32,000 nucleotides of DNA from Cereibacter sphaeroides 2.4.1 (lineage in GTDB: Bacteria; Pseudomonadota; Alphaproteobacteria; Rhodobacterales; Rhodobacteraceae), in the NCBI RefSeq assembly GCF_000012905.2, contig NC_007494.2, positions 360,001 through 392,000 of the forward strand. The letters are read 5' to 3'. The stretch's first letter is position 1; the number at the start of each line of letters is the position of its first letter. This document shows positions 25,060 to 32,000 of the stretch, piece by piece. Under the pieces are notes generated by a model. That model worked only from the letters and a program-made list of their open reading frames with translations. It did not search any database and was not told the DNA's origin. A program made the translations under genes and the position numbers.

Positions 25060-25160
25060 GGGTGTCGCCAAGTGCCTGAAAAGGCTCGCACGAGATTCAC
25101 CATTTGGCGTGCAGCGCCCTGCGCCCGAGGCTCGATGCCGGAGGAAGAAGGGAGGCATTC

Positions 25161-26963
25161 ATGCTCGATCAAAGTGAAAGTCTGGCGCTCGCGTCGCTGG
25201 TGGCAGAGCTCGAACGGGCGCTGGTGGCGCAGGACGCGGAGGCGGTCGCGGACTGTTTCCTCGAGACCGGGTTCTGGCGCGACCTCGCGGCCTTCACCTG
25301 GAACATCAAGACCTGCGAGGGCAAGGGCGAGATCCGCGCCATGGCCGGCGCCCAGCTCGGGGCCATCGGCCCTCAGGCGCTCGCGCTCGATCCGGCCGAG
25401 ACAGTCAGTTCGGCGGACGGGGTCACGGAGGGCTGGCTCACCTTCGAGACGGCGACCGGCCGCGGCATGGGCCACATCCGCATGAAGGACGGCAAGGTCT
25501 GGACGCTCCTGACTGCGCTCCATGAGCTGAAGGGGCACGAGGAGCCGCGCCGCCTGCGCCGGCCGATGGGGGCCGAGCACGGCCACGATCCGCACCGCAA
25601 GACCTGGAAGGAGAAGCGCGAGGAGGAGGCGCGGCGACTGGGCTACGAGGAGCAGCCCTATGTCCTCATCGTGGGCGGCGGTCAGGGCGGGATCGCGCTT
25701 GGCGCGCGGCTGCGCCAGCTCGGGGTGCCCACGATCATCCTCGAGAAGAACGAGCGGCCCGGCGACAGCTGGCGGCGGCGCTACAAGTCGCTCTGCCTGC
25801 ATGACCCGGTCTGGTATGACCACCTGCCCTACATCCCCTTCCCGGACAACTGGCCGGTCTTCGCGCCGAAGGACAAGATCGGTGACTGGCTCGAGATGTA
25901 TACGAAGGTGATGGAGCTGAACTACTGGTCCTCGAGCACGGCGAGATCCGCCCGCTACGAAGAGGCCGCGGGCGAGTGGACGGTGGTCGTCGACCGCAAC
26001 GGCGAGGAGGTGGTGCTGCGCCCGAAGCAGCTCGTGCTCGCCACCGGCATGTCGGGCAAGGCCAACGTGCCGAGCTTCCCGGGACAGGACATCTTCCGCG
26101 GCGAGCAGCAGCATTCGAGCCAGCATCCCGGCCCCGACGCCTACAAGGGCAAGAAGGTGGTGGTGATCGGCTCGAACAACTCGGCGCACGACATCTGCGC
26201 GGCTCTGTGGGAGGGCGGGGCCGATGTCACGATGGTGCAGCGGTCCTCGACCCATATCGTGAAGTCGGACAGCCTGATGGAGGTCTGCCTCTCGGGGCTC
26301 TATTCCGAGCAGGCGGTGGCGCAGGGCATCGACCACGAAAAGGCCGACATGATCTTCGCCTCGGTGCCCTACCGGATCATGCACGAGTTCCACATCCCGC
26401 AGTATGAGGAGATCCAGCGCCGCGACGCCGACTTCTACGACGCGCTGCGCAAGGCGGGCTTCCTTCTCGACTTCGGCGACGACGGTTCGGGCCTGTTCAT
26501 GAAATACCTGCGCCGCGGGTCGGGCTACTACATCGATGTGGGCGCCTGCGATCTGGTCATCGACGGCTCGATCAAGCTGAAGTCGGGCTCGGACGTGAGC
26601 CACCTCACCGAAGAGGCGGTGGTGCTGAAGGACGGCACCGAGCTGCCGGCGGATCTGGTGGTCTATGCCACGGGCTATGGCTCGATGAACGGCTGGGCCG
26701 CAGATCTCATCAGCCCGGAAGTGGCCGACAAGGTGGGCAAATGCTGGGGCCTCGGTTCCGACACGACCAAGGATCCCGGCCCCTGGGAGGGCGAACAGCG
26801 CAACATGTGGAAGCCCACGATGCAGGAGGCGCTCTGGTTCCACGGCGGCAACCTGCATCAGTCGCGCCACTATTCGCGCTACCTCGCGCTGCAGCTGAAA
26901 GCCCGGCAGGCCGGGATCGAGACGCCCGTCTGGGGCCTCCAGCCTCCCAGCCACCTGCGCTGA
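25161..26963 (+). CDS. Flavin-containing monooxygenase-like NAD(P)/FAD-dependent oxidoreductase (~600 aa)
   Basis: The ATG at 25161 has GAAGGGAGG upstream and is preferred over the track start at 25104. FAD motif LIVGGGQGGIALG, FMO-like FRGEQQHSSQH, and second dinucleotide motif VVVIGSNNSAHDI are present. Confidence 0.85.
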   Translation: MLDQSESLALASLVAELERALVAQDAEAVADCFLETGFWRDLAAFTWNIKTCEGKGEIRAMAGAQLGAIGPQALALDPAETVSSADGVTEGWLTFETATGRGMGHIRMKDGKVWTLLTALHELKGHEEPRRLRRPMGAEHGHDPHRKTWKEKREEEARRLGYEEQPYVLIVGGGQGGIALGARLRQLGVPTIILEKNERPGDSWRRRYKSLCLHDPVWYDHLPYIPFPDNWPVFAPKDKIGDWLEMYTKVMELNYWSSSTARSARYEEAAGEWTVVVDRNGEEVVLRPKQLVLATGMSGKANVPSFPGQDIFRGEQQHSSQHPGPDAYKGKKVVVIGSNNSAHDICAALWEGGADVTMVQRSSTHIVKSDSLMEVCLSGLYSEQAVAQGIDHEKADMIFASVPYRIMHEFHIPQYEEIQRRDADFYDALRKAGFLLDFGDDGSGLFMKYLRRGSGYYIDVGACDLVIDGSIKLKSGSDVSHLTEEAVVLKDGTELPADLVVYATGYGSMNGWAADLISPEVADKVGKCWGLGSDTTKDPGPWEGEQRNMWKPTMQEALWFHGGNLHQSRHYSRYLALQLKARQAGIETPVWGLQPPSHLR

Positions 26964-27028
26964 GGGCGGATCTGCGGGCGGGCGCCGTGCTCCCTCGGCC
27001 CCGCCCCCTCCGCCCGGCCCGCCCGCGC

Positions 27029-27044
27029 CCGCCCGCGCGGGCGG
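27029..27044. terminator. GC-only 16-bp palindrome CCGCCCGCGCGGGCGG downstream of the monooxygenase gene
   Basis: It lies 65 nt after the stop codon, preceded by a tandem CCCGCCCGCG x2. No U-tract follows, so function is uncertain. Confidence 0.25.
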
Positions 27045-27487
27045 CGCTCCGGCACAGTCGGAGGCGCTTGGCTCTCGCTCGGGGCGCTGACCCTCGCATC
27101 CATGCCCGCCACCTGCCGCGCAGGGTCCGTCCCCGACCCTCGGCATGTGCCGGACCCCTCCCCTGATATCGGGAACTCGATCGCCTCGCGAAGCGTCTTC
27201 TGCACCTCGAAGGCAGGCCGGGACAGCCCCTGATCGGCACCCGCACCGCCGTCTGCGGCCGCGGCCCGACTGCAGGTTGCAGCTCAGCCCGATGGCCCGC
27301 AACCGGCGCGTGTAAACCGGGTCTTTTTAGACAGGTCGGGGTGGCGGATTGTTGACTCCATCATGTTGGCATGAAATCTCACTATCAGGTGGGGCAAGAG
27401 GCTATTCGGATTAATCGTACAGCCTTTGGTATGGGTCTTCCGGTCGGTGGGCATTTTTACGCCGATATGGTTCAGAAGGGTTATTTC

Positions 27488-28315
27488 ATGACGAAACATT
27501 GGGAACTGAGCACCCCGTCCGACCGCCGTCCGGCGATGGTGCATCTGGCCGCTGCGGATGCGATTGCAGAGGTCGGCGAGGCGCTGCAGGGACGCCAGAC
27601 GCTGGCCGAGGCTCTGGCCAGTCTGGTGCGGAGCGTGGGGGCGGAATGCGGCATGATCGTGCGGTCGCGGCCCGACGGGACACAACAACGTGTAGCCGTG
27701 CATGACGAACGTCGGGGCGAGCCTGTGCGGCCGCTGGTGTCGGCCTATGCCGCAGGCCAGTTCGGGGCGGCTCTGGATCGGGCACGGCCCGGCAGCCTCT
27801 GGCTCGGCTCGTCGGCCGCGGGCGACGGGGCGCTGGCCGACTGGCAGGGCGCGCGGCGGATGCGCGAATTTGCGGTCCTGATGCTGGCGGCAAGCTCCTC
27901 GGGGCGCGACCATGTCGAGCTGCATTTCCGGCGCGCGCTGTCGGCGGAGCTTCTGGCCGCGGTCGAGGCCGTGCTGCCCGCGCTGGCTCAGGCCTGGGCA
28001 CGGCGTCAGGCGGGCATTGTGAGCCGCGCCATCTCCACCCACCGCACCCGCGCCAATCTCACGGCCGGCCGCCCGATCCTGAGCGAAGCCAATCCGGCCC
28101 AGCTCAGCCGCGCGGAATTCCGGGTCTGCCTGCTGCTCAGCCGCGGCCTCTCGGTCGAGGGCGTGGCGGCCGAACTGCGCCTCGCGCGGTCCACCGTGCG
28201 CTCGCATCTGCGCAGCATCTACTCCAAGACCGGCACCTCGGCTCTGGCCGAGCTCGTCTTCCGTTTGCACGAGGCGGGCGACCCGGAACCCAAGGCCGGC
28301 ACCCGCCAGCTCTGA
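27488..28315 (+). CDS. LuxR/GerE-family transcriptional regulator (C-terminal HTH; N-domain unassigned)
   Basis: LSRAEFRVCLLLSRGLSVEGVAAELRLARSTVRSHLRSIYSKTG. Start chosen at MTKHWEL (27488, AAGGG upstream). The track start at 27371 lies in AT-rich, low-GC3 sequence. Confidence 0.75.
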   Translation: MTKHWELSTPSDRRPAMVHLAAADAIAEVGEALQGRQTLAEALASLVRSVGAECGMIVRSRPDGTQQRVAVHDERRGEPVRPLVSAYAAGQFGAALDRARPGSLWLGSSAAGDGALADWQGARRMREFAVLMLAASSSGRDHVELHFRRALSAELLAAVEAVLPALAQAWARRQAGIVSRAISTHRTRANLTAGRPILSEANPAQLSRAEFRVCLLLSRGLSVEGVAAELRLARSTVRSHLRSIYSKTGTSALAELVFRLHEAGDPEPKAGTRQL

Positions 28316-28330
28316 GCGAGACAGCCACGG

Positions 28331-28363
28331 CCGTCCGGTGCCCGATCATCCGGCACCGGACGG
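28331..28363 (+). terminator. Strong hairpin after the LuxR-type gene (12-bp perfect stem)
   Basis: CCGTCCGGTGCC - 9 nt - GGCACCGGACGG begins 16 nt after the stop codon. No clear U-tract follows. Confidence 0.5.
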
Positions 28364-28440
28364 CTGTGCACCCCCCTTCCGGTTCCTGTCTTGCAAACCG
28401 TTCCGCCGTCACCTCTGATAGCACTTGCCGCCCGGGCCGC

Positions 28441-28464
28441 GCGGCGCTCTCCTGAGAGCGCCGC
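28441..28464 (+). promoter_or_regulatory. 10-bp perfect hairpin in the leader of the flippase gene
   Basis: GCGGCGCTCT-cctg-AGAGCGCCGC ends 34 nt upstream of the GTG start at 28498. A TTGCAA hexamer at 28391-28396 could be a -35 element. Confidence 0.35.
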
Positions 28465-28497
28465 CCGACGCCTGCGCCCCTCGACGGAGACCCCGAC

Positions 28498-30003
28498 GTG
28501 ACTGCCGATCCGAGCCCCTTCGATCCGCCGGAAGGCGCCCTCCGCGCGACGGCCAGCCGGGGGGCGGTGGCCACCGTGATCTCGCAGGGCGCGCTGATGC
28601 TCACGCAGATCGGATCGGTCGTGATCCTCTCGCGGCTTCTGTCGCCCGAGGATTTCGGCCTCGTCGCCATGTGCACGCCGGTGATCGCGCTTCTGATGAT
28701 GCTGCAGGATTTCGGCCTGCTGGCAGCCACCGTCCAGAAGAAGGGGCTGAAGGCGGAAGAGGTCAATTTCCTCTTCTGGATCAACGTGGCGCTGAGCTTC
28801 TCGCTCACGATCCTGCTTCTGGCCGCCTCGCCCCTCATCGCGCTCTTCTATCAGGAGCCGCGGGTGGGGCCGTTGATCGCCGCGCTCTCCGTCACCATCG
28901 CCCTGAACGGCCTCGGCGCGCAGCACGGGGCCCTTCTGATCCGGCGGATGCAATATGTGCGGCTGGGTTTCATTCAGGTCTCGGGCGCCGTGACCTCGCT
29001 TGCCGCCGCAGCTCTCTGGGGCTGGATCCACCCGAGCCCCTGGGCGCTCTTCGGCGGGGCTCTGGTGGGCACCGTGGTGCCCACGCTCGGCATGTGGATC
29101 GGCTCGCGCTGGCGGCCGGGCCTGCCGCGGCGGATCGAGGGCTGGCGGCCGCTCCTCAACTTCGGGGCGGGCGTCACGGGCTTCAATTTCGCCAACTTCT
29201 TCTCGATGAACGTGGACAAGATCGCGATCGGCCGCGCCTTCGGGGGCGAGGCGCTGGGCTACTACGACCGCGCCTTCAAGCTGGTGCTGATGCCCTCGAA
29301 CTCGATCTTCAATCCTCTGGCGCGGGTGATGGTGCCCGCCCTCTCGCGGCTTCAGGACGAACCCGACCGCTACCGCAGCGCCTATATCCGGGTGGCGGGG
29401 CTTCTGCTGTTCCTGCTGCTGCCGATGATGGCCTGCGCCGCGGCCTTCGCCGACGTGGTCATCCCGCTGGCCTTCGGCCAGAACTGGGACGGCAGCGTGG
29501 CCATCTTCACCGCACTCGGCATCGCGGGGCTGGTGCAGCCGCTGAACAATGTCGCGGGCTGGCTCTTCCTCAGCCAGGGACGCTCGCGCGACTTCTTCCA
29601 TTCCGGCCTCATCCATGCGGGCTTCGCGGGCGTCGCGGTGCTGGCGGGCCTGCCCTTCGGCCTGATCGGCGTGGTGGTGGCCGTGGCGATCGCCGAATAT
29701 CTCAAGCTGCCCGCGATCTGGGCGCTCACCTGCCGCAGCGGCCCGATCCGCCTCGGCGACATGCTGCGCGGCGTGGGGCCGCTGGTGGCGGCCGTCCATC
29801 TCGTGATGGGGCTCCTGTGGGTCATCAAGCCCTATGTCCCGGGCCCGGGCTTCGTCGCGCTGGTGCAGGGCGGCCTTCTGGCCTATGCGCTCACCGCCCT
29901 CCTGATCTCGCTCACCGCCTCGGGCCGCCAGACCCTGCGCGAGGGCTGGCGGCTTGCGGGCGAGCGGCTGCCTCTGCGCCGCCGCCTGCCCGCCGACGCC
30001 TGA
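28498..30003 (+). CDS. Polysaccharide/oligosaccharide flippase (Wzx-like, MOP/PST family; 'lipopolysaccharide biosynthesis protein')
   Basis: 501 aa with about 12-14 TM helices. The N-terminus SRGAVATVISQGALMLTQIGSVVILSRLLSPEDFGLVAM is typical of the PST family. Confidence 0.8.
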   Translation: MTADPSPFDPPEGALRATASRGAVATVISQGALMLTQIGSVVILSRLLSPEDFGLVAMCTPVIALLMMLQDFGLLAATVQKKGLKAEEVNFLFWINVALSFSLTILLLAASPLIALFYQEPRVGPLIAALSVTIALNGLGAQHGALLIRRMQYVRLGFIQVSGAVTSLAAAALWGWIHPSPWALFGGALVGTVVPTLGMWIGSRWRPGLPRRIEGWRPLLNFGAGVTGFNFANFFSMNVDKIAIGRAFGGEALGYYDRAFKLVLMPSNSIFNPLARVMVPALSRLQDEPDRYRSAYIRVAGLLLFLLLPMMACAAAFADVVIPLAFGQNWDGSVAIFTALGIAGLVQPLNNVAGWLFLSQGRSRDFFHSGLIHAGFAGVAVLAGLPFGLIGVVVAVAIAEYLKLPAIWALTCRSGPIRLGDMLRGVGPLVAAVHLVMGLLWVIKPYVPGPGFVALVQGGLLAYALTALLISLTASGRQTLREGWRLAGERLPLRRRLPADA

Positions 30004-30016
30004 GCGGCGCCGCGGC

Positions 30017-30490
30017 TCAGGCCGGGGCGAGGATCTTCGTGAGCAGCCCGTCCGCCCCGGCGGTGACATCCGACCAGGTGGTGAGGAACCCTTCGGGACC
30101 GCTGTAATAGGGATCCGACACGGCCTGTCCCTCCCGCCCCGGCACATGGTCGAGCAGGAGCGACAGTCGCGCCCGGGCGCTCTGCGGGCGCAGTTCGCGC
30201 AGCGCCACCAGATTGTCGAGGTCGAGCGCCACGACATGATCGAACAGGCCGAAATCCTTCCTTGCCACCTGACGGGCGCGGTAATGGCTGATGTCGATGC
30301 CGTTCGCGCGCGCCACCTCCTGCGCGCGCGGATCGGGCGCCTCGCCCGCATGCCAGCCGCCGAGGCCCGCGCTGTCGACGGTGAGGCGGAGGCCGCGCTC
30401 GTCCGCAGCGGCGCGGAAGGCGGCCTCGGCGAGCGGCGAGCGGCAGATGTTGCCGAGGCAGACGAAGAGGACGGAGGGAAGAAGACTCAT
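30017..30490 (-). CDS. Low-molecular-weight protein-tyrosine phosphatase
   Basis: P-loop VLFVCLGNICRSP (CX5R-S) and general-acid motif VSDPYY. Length is 157 aa. GAGGT lies 5 nt upstream of the ATG. Confidence 0.9.
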   Translation of the reverse strand: MSLLPSVLFVCLGNICRSPLAEAAFRAAADERGLRLTVDSAGLGGWHAGEAPDPRAQEVARANGIDISHYRARQVARKDFGLFDHVVALDLDNLVALRELRPQSARARLSLLLDHVPGREGQAVSDPYYSGPEGFLTTWSDVTAGADGLLTKILAPA

Positions 30491-30633
30491 GGTTACCTCG
30501 AACAGAACGGGGCGAGCCTAGGTGGATCCCGAAACGGCCTCAAGAGGTTGCGCCGCGCGCGCGCCGTGGCCCGGATGGCGCCGGAGCCTTGCGCGGAACG
30601 CCTCGGGCGGCCAGTGCCGGCCGTCCTGCGACA

Positions 30634-31293
30634 TCAGCGCAGGCGGGCGAAGGTGAAGGCCGCGGCCCACCCCATGAGATAGCCGCCCAGATGCGCCTCC
30701 CAGGCGAGGCCGCCCTGCAGGAAGACGAAGAGCGCGAGGTTCGCTATGGCCAGACCCAGGATCATGTTGAGAATCGGCCGCAGCGACAGCCCCAGCGCCT
30801 TCCGCCGCTGGAAATCCCAGGCGTTCCAGATGCCGAGGAATCCGAAGGCCGCGCCCGAGGCGCCGATCATCGGCCCGCTCGACATCGAGATCAGCCCGAA
30901 GGCCGCGCCGCCTGCGATGGCCGAGGCACCGAACAGCAGGTAGGTGCGCAGGGCGCCGACCTTCTCGCCGATCACCTTGCCGAGCGACAAAAGGATCACC
31001 CCGTTCATCACCATGTGCAGGAAATTCGCATGGAGGAAGGCGTGGGTGAGGAACATCGCCTCGCGCTGGAGCGGATAGAGCTCGCCCGCCCCGGGCGCCA
31101 GCAGCGGCGGCCAGAAGGCACCGAGCAGCAGCGCCATCGTCCGCCAGCGCGGATCGCCCACCCAGCCGGCATCGGCAGCCGTCAGCACGAGCTCGATGAG
31201 GGCGAGACTGCCGACCAGAGCCCAGATGTAGCCGGGGGCTCCGGCGGTGGAAGAGGAAAGCGGGCCCGTGCGGCGATTCTGGGAGTGCGACAT
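30634..31293 (-). CDS. Rhomboid-family intramembrane serine protease
   Basis: HANFLHMVMNG (TM2 H..xxH.N), catalytic GASGAAFG, and a later AHLGGYLMG (catalytic His). Six TM segments. Confidence 0.85.
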   Translation of the reverse strand: MSHSQNRRTGPLSSSTAGAPGYIWALVGSLALIELVLTAADAGWVGDPRWRTMALLLGAFWPPLLAPGAGELYPLQREAMFLTHAFLHANFLHMVMNGVILLSLGKVIGEKVGALRTYLLFGASAIAGGAAFGLISMSSGPMIGASGAAFGFLGIWNAWDFQRRKALGLSLRPILNMILGLAIANLALFVFLQGGLAWEAHLGGYLMGWAAAFTFARLR

Positions 31294-31409
31294 GCAGAGG
31301 AGATAGGCCGGCGCGGCGCTTCGGCCAAGGGGGGTCCGGCAGACGCGGGGCCTGAGGCCCCCGACCTCTGGGGCCCGCCCCTGAACGGACGGACCCCCGG
31401 AAAGTCCAC

Positions 31410-31429
31410 GGCCGCGTGGCAGCGCGGCC
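31410..31429 (-). terminator. Hairpin GGCCGCG-N6-CGCGGCC just downstream of the beta-barrel gene
   Basis: A 7-bp GC stem lies 12 nt beyond the stop codon on the minus strand. The U-tract is weak. Confidence 0.3.
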
Positions 31430-31440
31430 GCGGGAACCCC

Positions 31441-32000
31441 TCAGAAGGCCGAGAAGAGGGTCGAGCTCAGCGCGCTGTGGCGCGGGTTCAGGACCGTGTC
31501 GGCCACGCTGCCGAGCGGCACCGAGGCGCTGCGGCCCCCGAGCGGGATGCTCAGGCCCAGACGGACGGTCGTCCCGTGGCCGTCGAGCCCCATCACGTCC
31601 AGCTCCGACCGCGCCAGTTCGAGCGAGACGACGGCATTGGCCTGGGTCGCCTGCGACAGGTCGTAGGAGACGCCCACCCCGAGAGTGGTCAGGTCCGCGT
31701 CGATCACGTCGAGCGAAGCGCCGGTCAGACCGCCGAACAGGGTCCAGCCCGCCTGCAGGTCGTAGGATCCGGCGATGCCCAGCACATCCAGATCCACATC
31801 CTCGAACCCGTCGGCCGAGAGGGTCGTGCGCTGGAGGTTCACGCCCACGAGCCCGTTCGCGAAGCCGCTGTAGCGGAAGCTCGCGCCGAAGTCGGTGAGA
31901 TCGATGCCCGAGGGCAGGTCGTCGATGTCGCTCTCGCCGTAGAAGCCGGTCACGAGCGCGCCCTCGGCCTCATAGCCCGCGGTGAGGCCGTAGGACTTCA
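31441..32000 (-). CDS. Outer-membrane beta-barrel protein, 3' part (5' end outside window)
   Basis: Alternating hydrophobic beta-strand pattern with C-terminal ...STLFSAF (terminal Phe signature). The frame stays open upstream of the track start to the window edge (KSYGLTAGYEAEGAL...). Confidence 0.6.
   Translation of the reverse strand, partial: KSYGLTAGYEAEGALVTGFYGESDIDDLPSGIDLTDFGASFRYSGFANGLVGVNLQRTTLSADGFEDVDLDVLGIAGSYDLQAGWTLFGGLTGASLDVIDADLTTLGVGVSYDLSQATQANAVVSLELARSELDVMGLDGHGTTVRLGLSIPLGGRSASVPLGSVADTVLNPRHSALSSTLFSAF

Noticed and set aside
25103-25121. Possible sigma-54 promoter TTGGCGTGCAGCGCCCTGC upstream of the monooxygenase gene
   Set aside because: The GG and GC elements are not at the canonical spacing (TGGCAC-N5-TTGC); the GC dinucleotide is about 3 nt too far. 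It was not called as a promoter.
27001-27050. Tandem CCCGCCCGCG repeats as a CRISPR or VNTR
   Set aside because: There are only two copies of a 10-mer, with no spacers and no cas genes. This is simple GC-rich low-complexity sequence.
25005-27302. 765 aa minus-strand ORF
   Set aside because: It is antisense to the flavin monooxygenase gene, which carries clear FAD/NAD(P) motifs. The product is Arg/Gly/Ala/Pro-rich junk.
27371-27487. Longer LuxR-type protein starting at the ATG at 27371
   Set aside because: These 39 codons lie in AT-rich sequence with low GC3, unlike the rest of the gene. The start at 27488 is preferred, though the longer form cannot be excluded.
28219-30351. 710 aa minus-strand ORF
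   Set aside because: It is antisense to the multi-TM flippase gene and part of the LuxR-type gene. It has no domain signatures and a highly biased composition.

Overview
High-GC, alphaproteobacterium-like (probably Rhodobacterales; inferred from composition and gene content) chromosomal window. By eye, about 30 protein genes are supportable, plus one tRNA, one IS element and several gene remnants. From left to right the window holds: an orphan TAXI-type solute-binding protein, a DUF1194/vWA protein and dgoA; an orphan cheY-mcp pair; an ABC1-family kinase; DUF1311 and WGR small proteins; EamA, AraC and an SDR gene carrying an in-frame TAG; and an ISNCY-like IS. Next comes tRNA-Ser(UGA) followed by a ~4 kb decayed integrative element. 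That element has an intact tyrosine integrase, a chain of start/stop-overlapping small genes, a frameshifted and 5'-truncated PAPS-reductase, a truncated MT-A70 methylase and an inverted integrase N-terminal stub. The rest of the window holds an acrA-acrB-tetR-type RND efflux operon; an AcoR-like enhancer-binding protein with degenerate sigma-54-contact and Walker B motifs, divergent from a ~600 aa flavin monooxygenase; a LuxR-type regulator; a Wzx-like flippase; an LMW tyrosine phosphatase; a rhomboid protease; and a partial outer-membrane beta-barrel gene. I see no CRISPR array, rRNA, or recognisable complete defence or secretion system. The most unusual parts are the decay hotspot at 10.7-17.7 kb (nonsense mutation, IS, degraded island with uncharacterised coupled small ORFs and a four-copy heptamer inverted repeat) and the atypical enhancer-binding protein. 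Most of the very long ORFs in the track are antisense or off-frame artefacts of high GC and were rejected. All domain calls come from motif recognition by eye; no database search was run.
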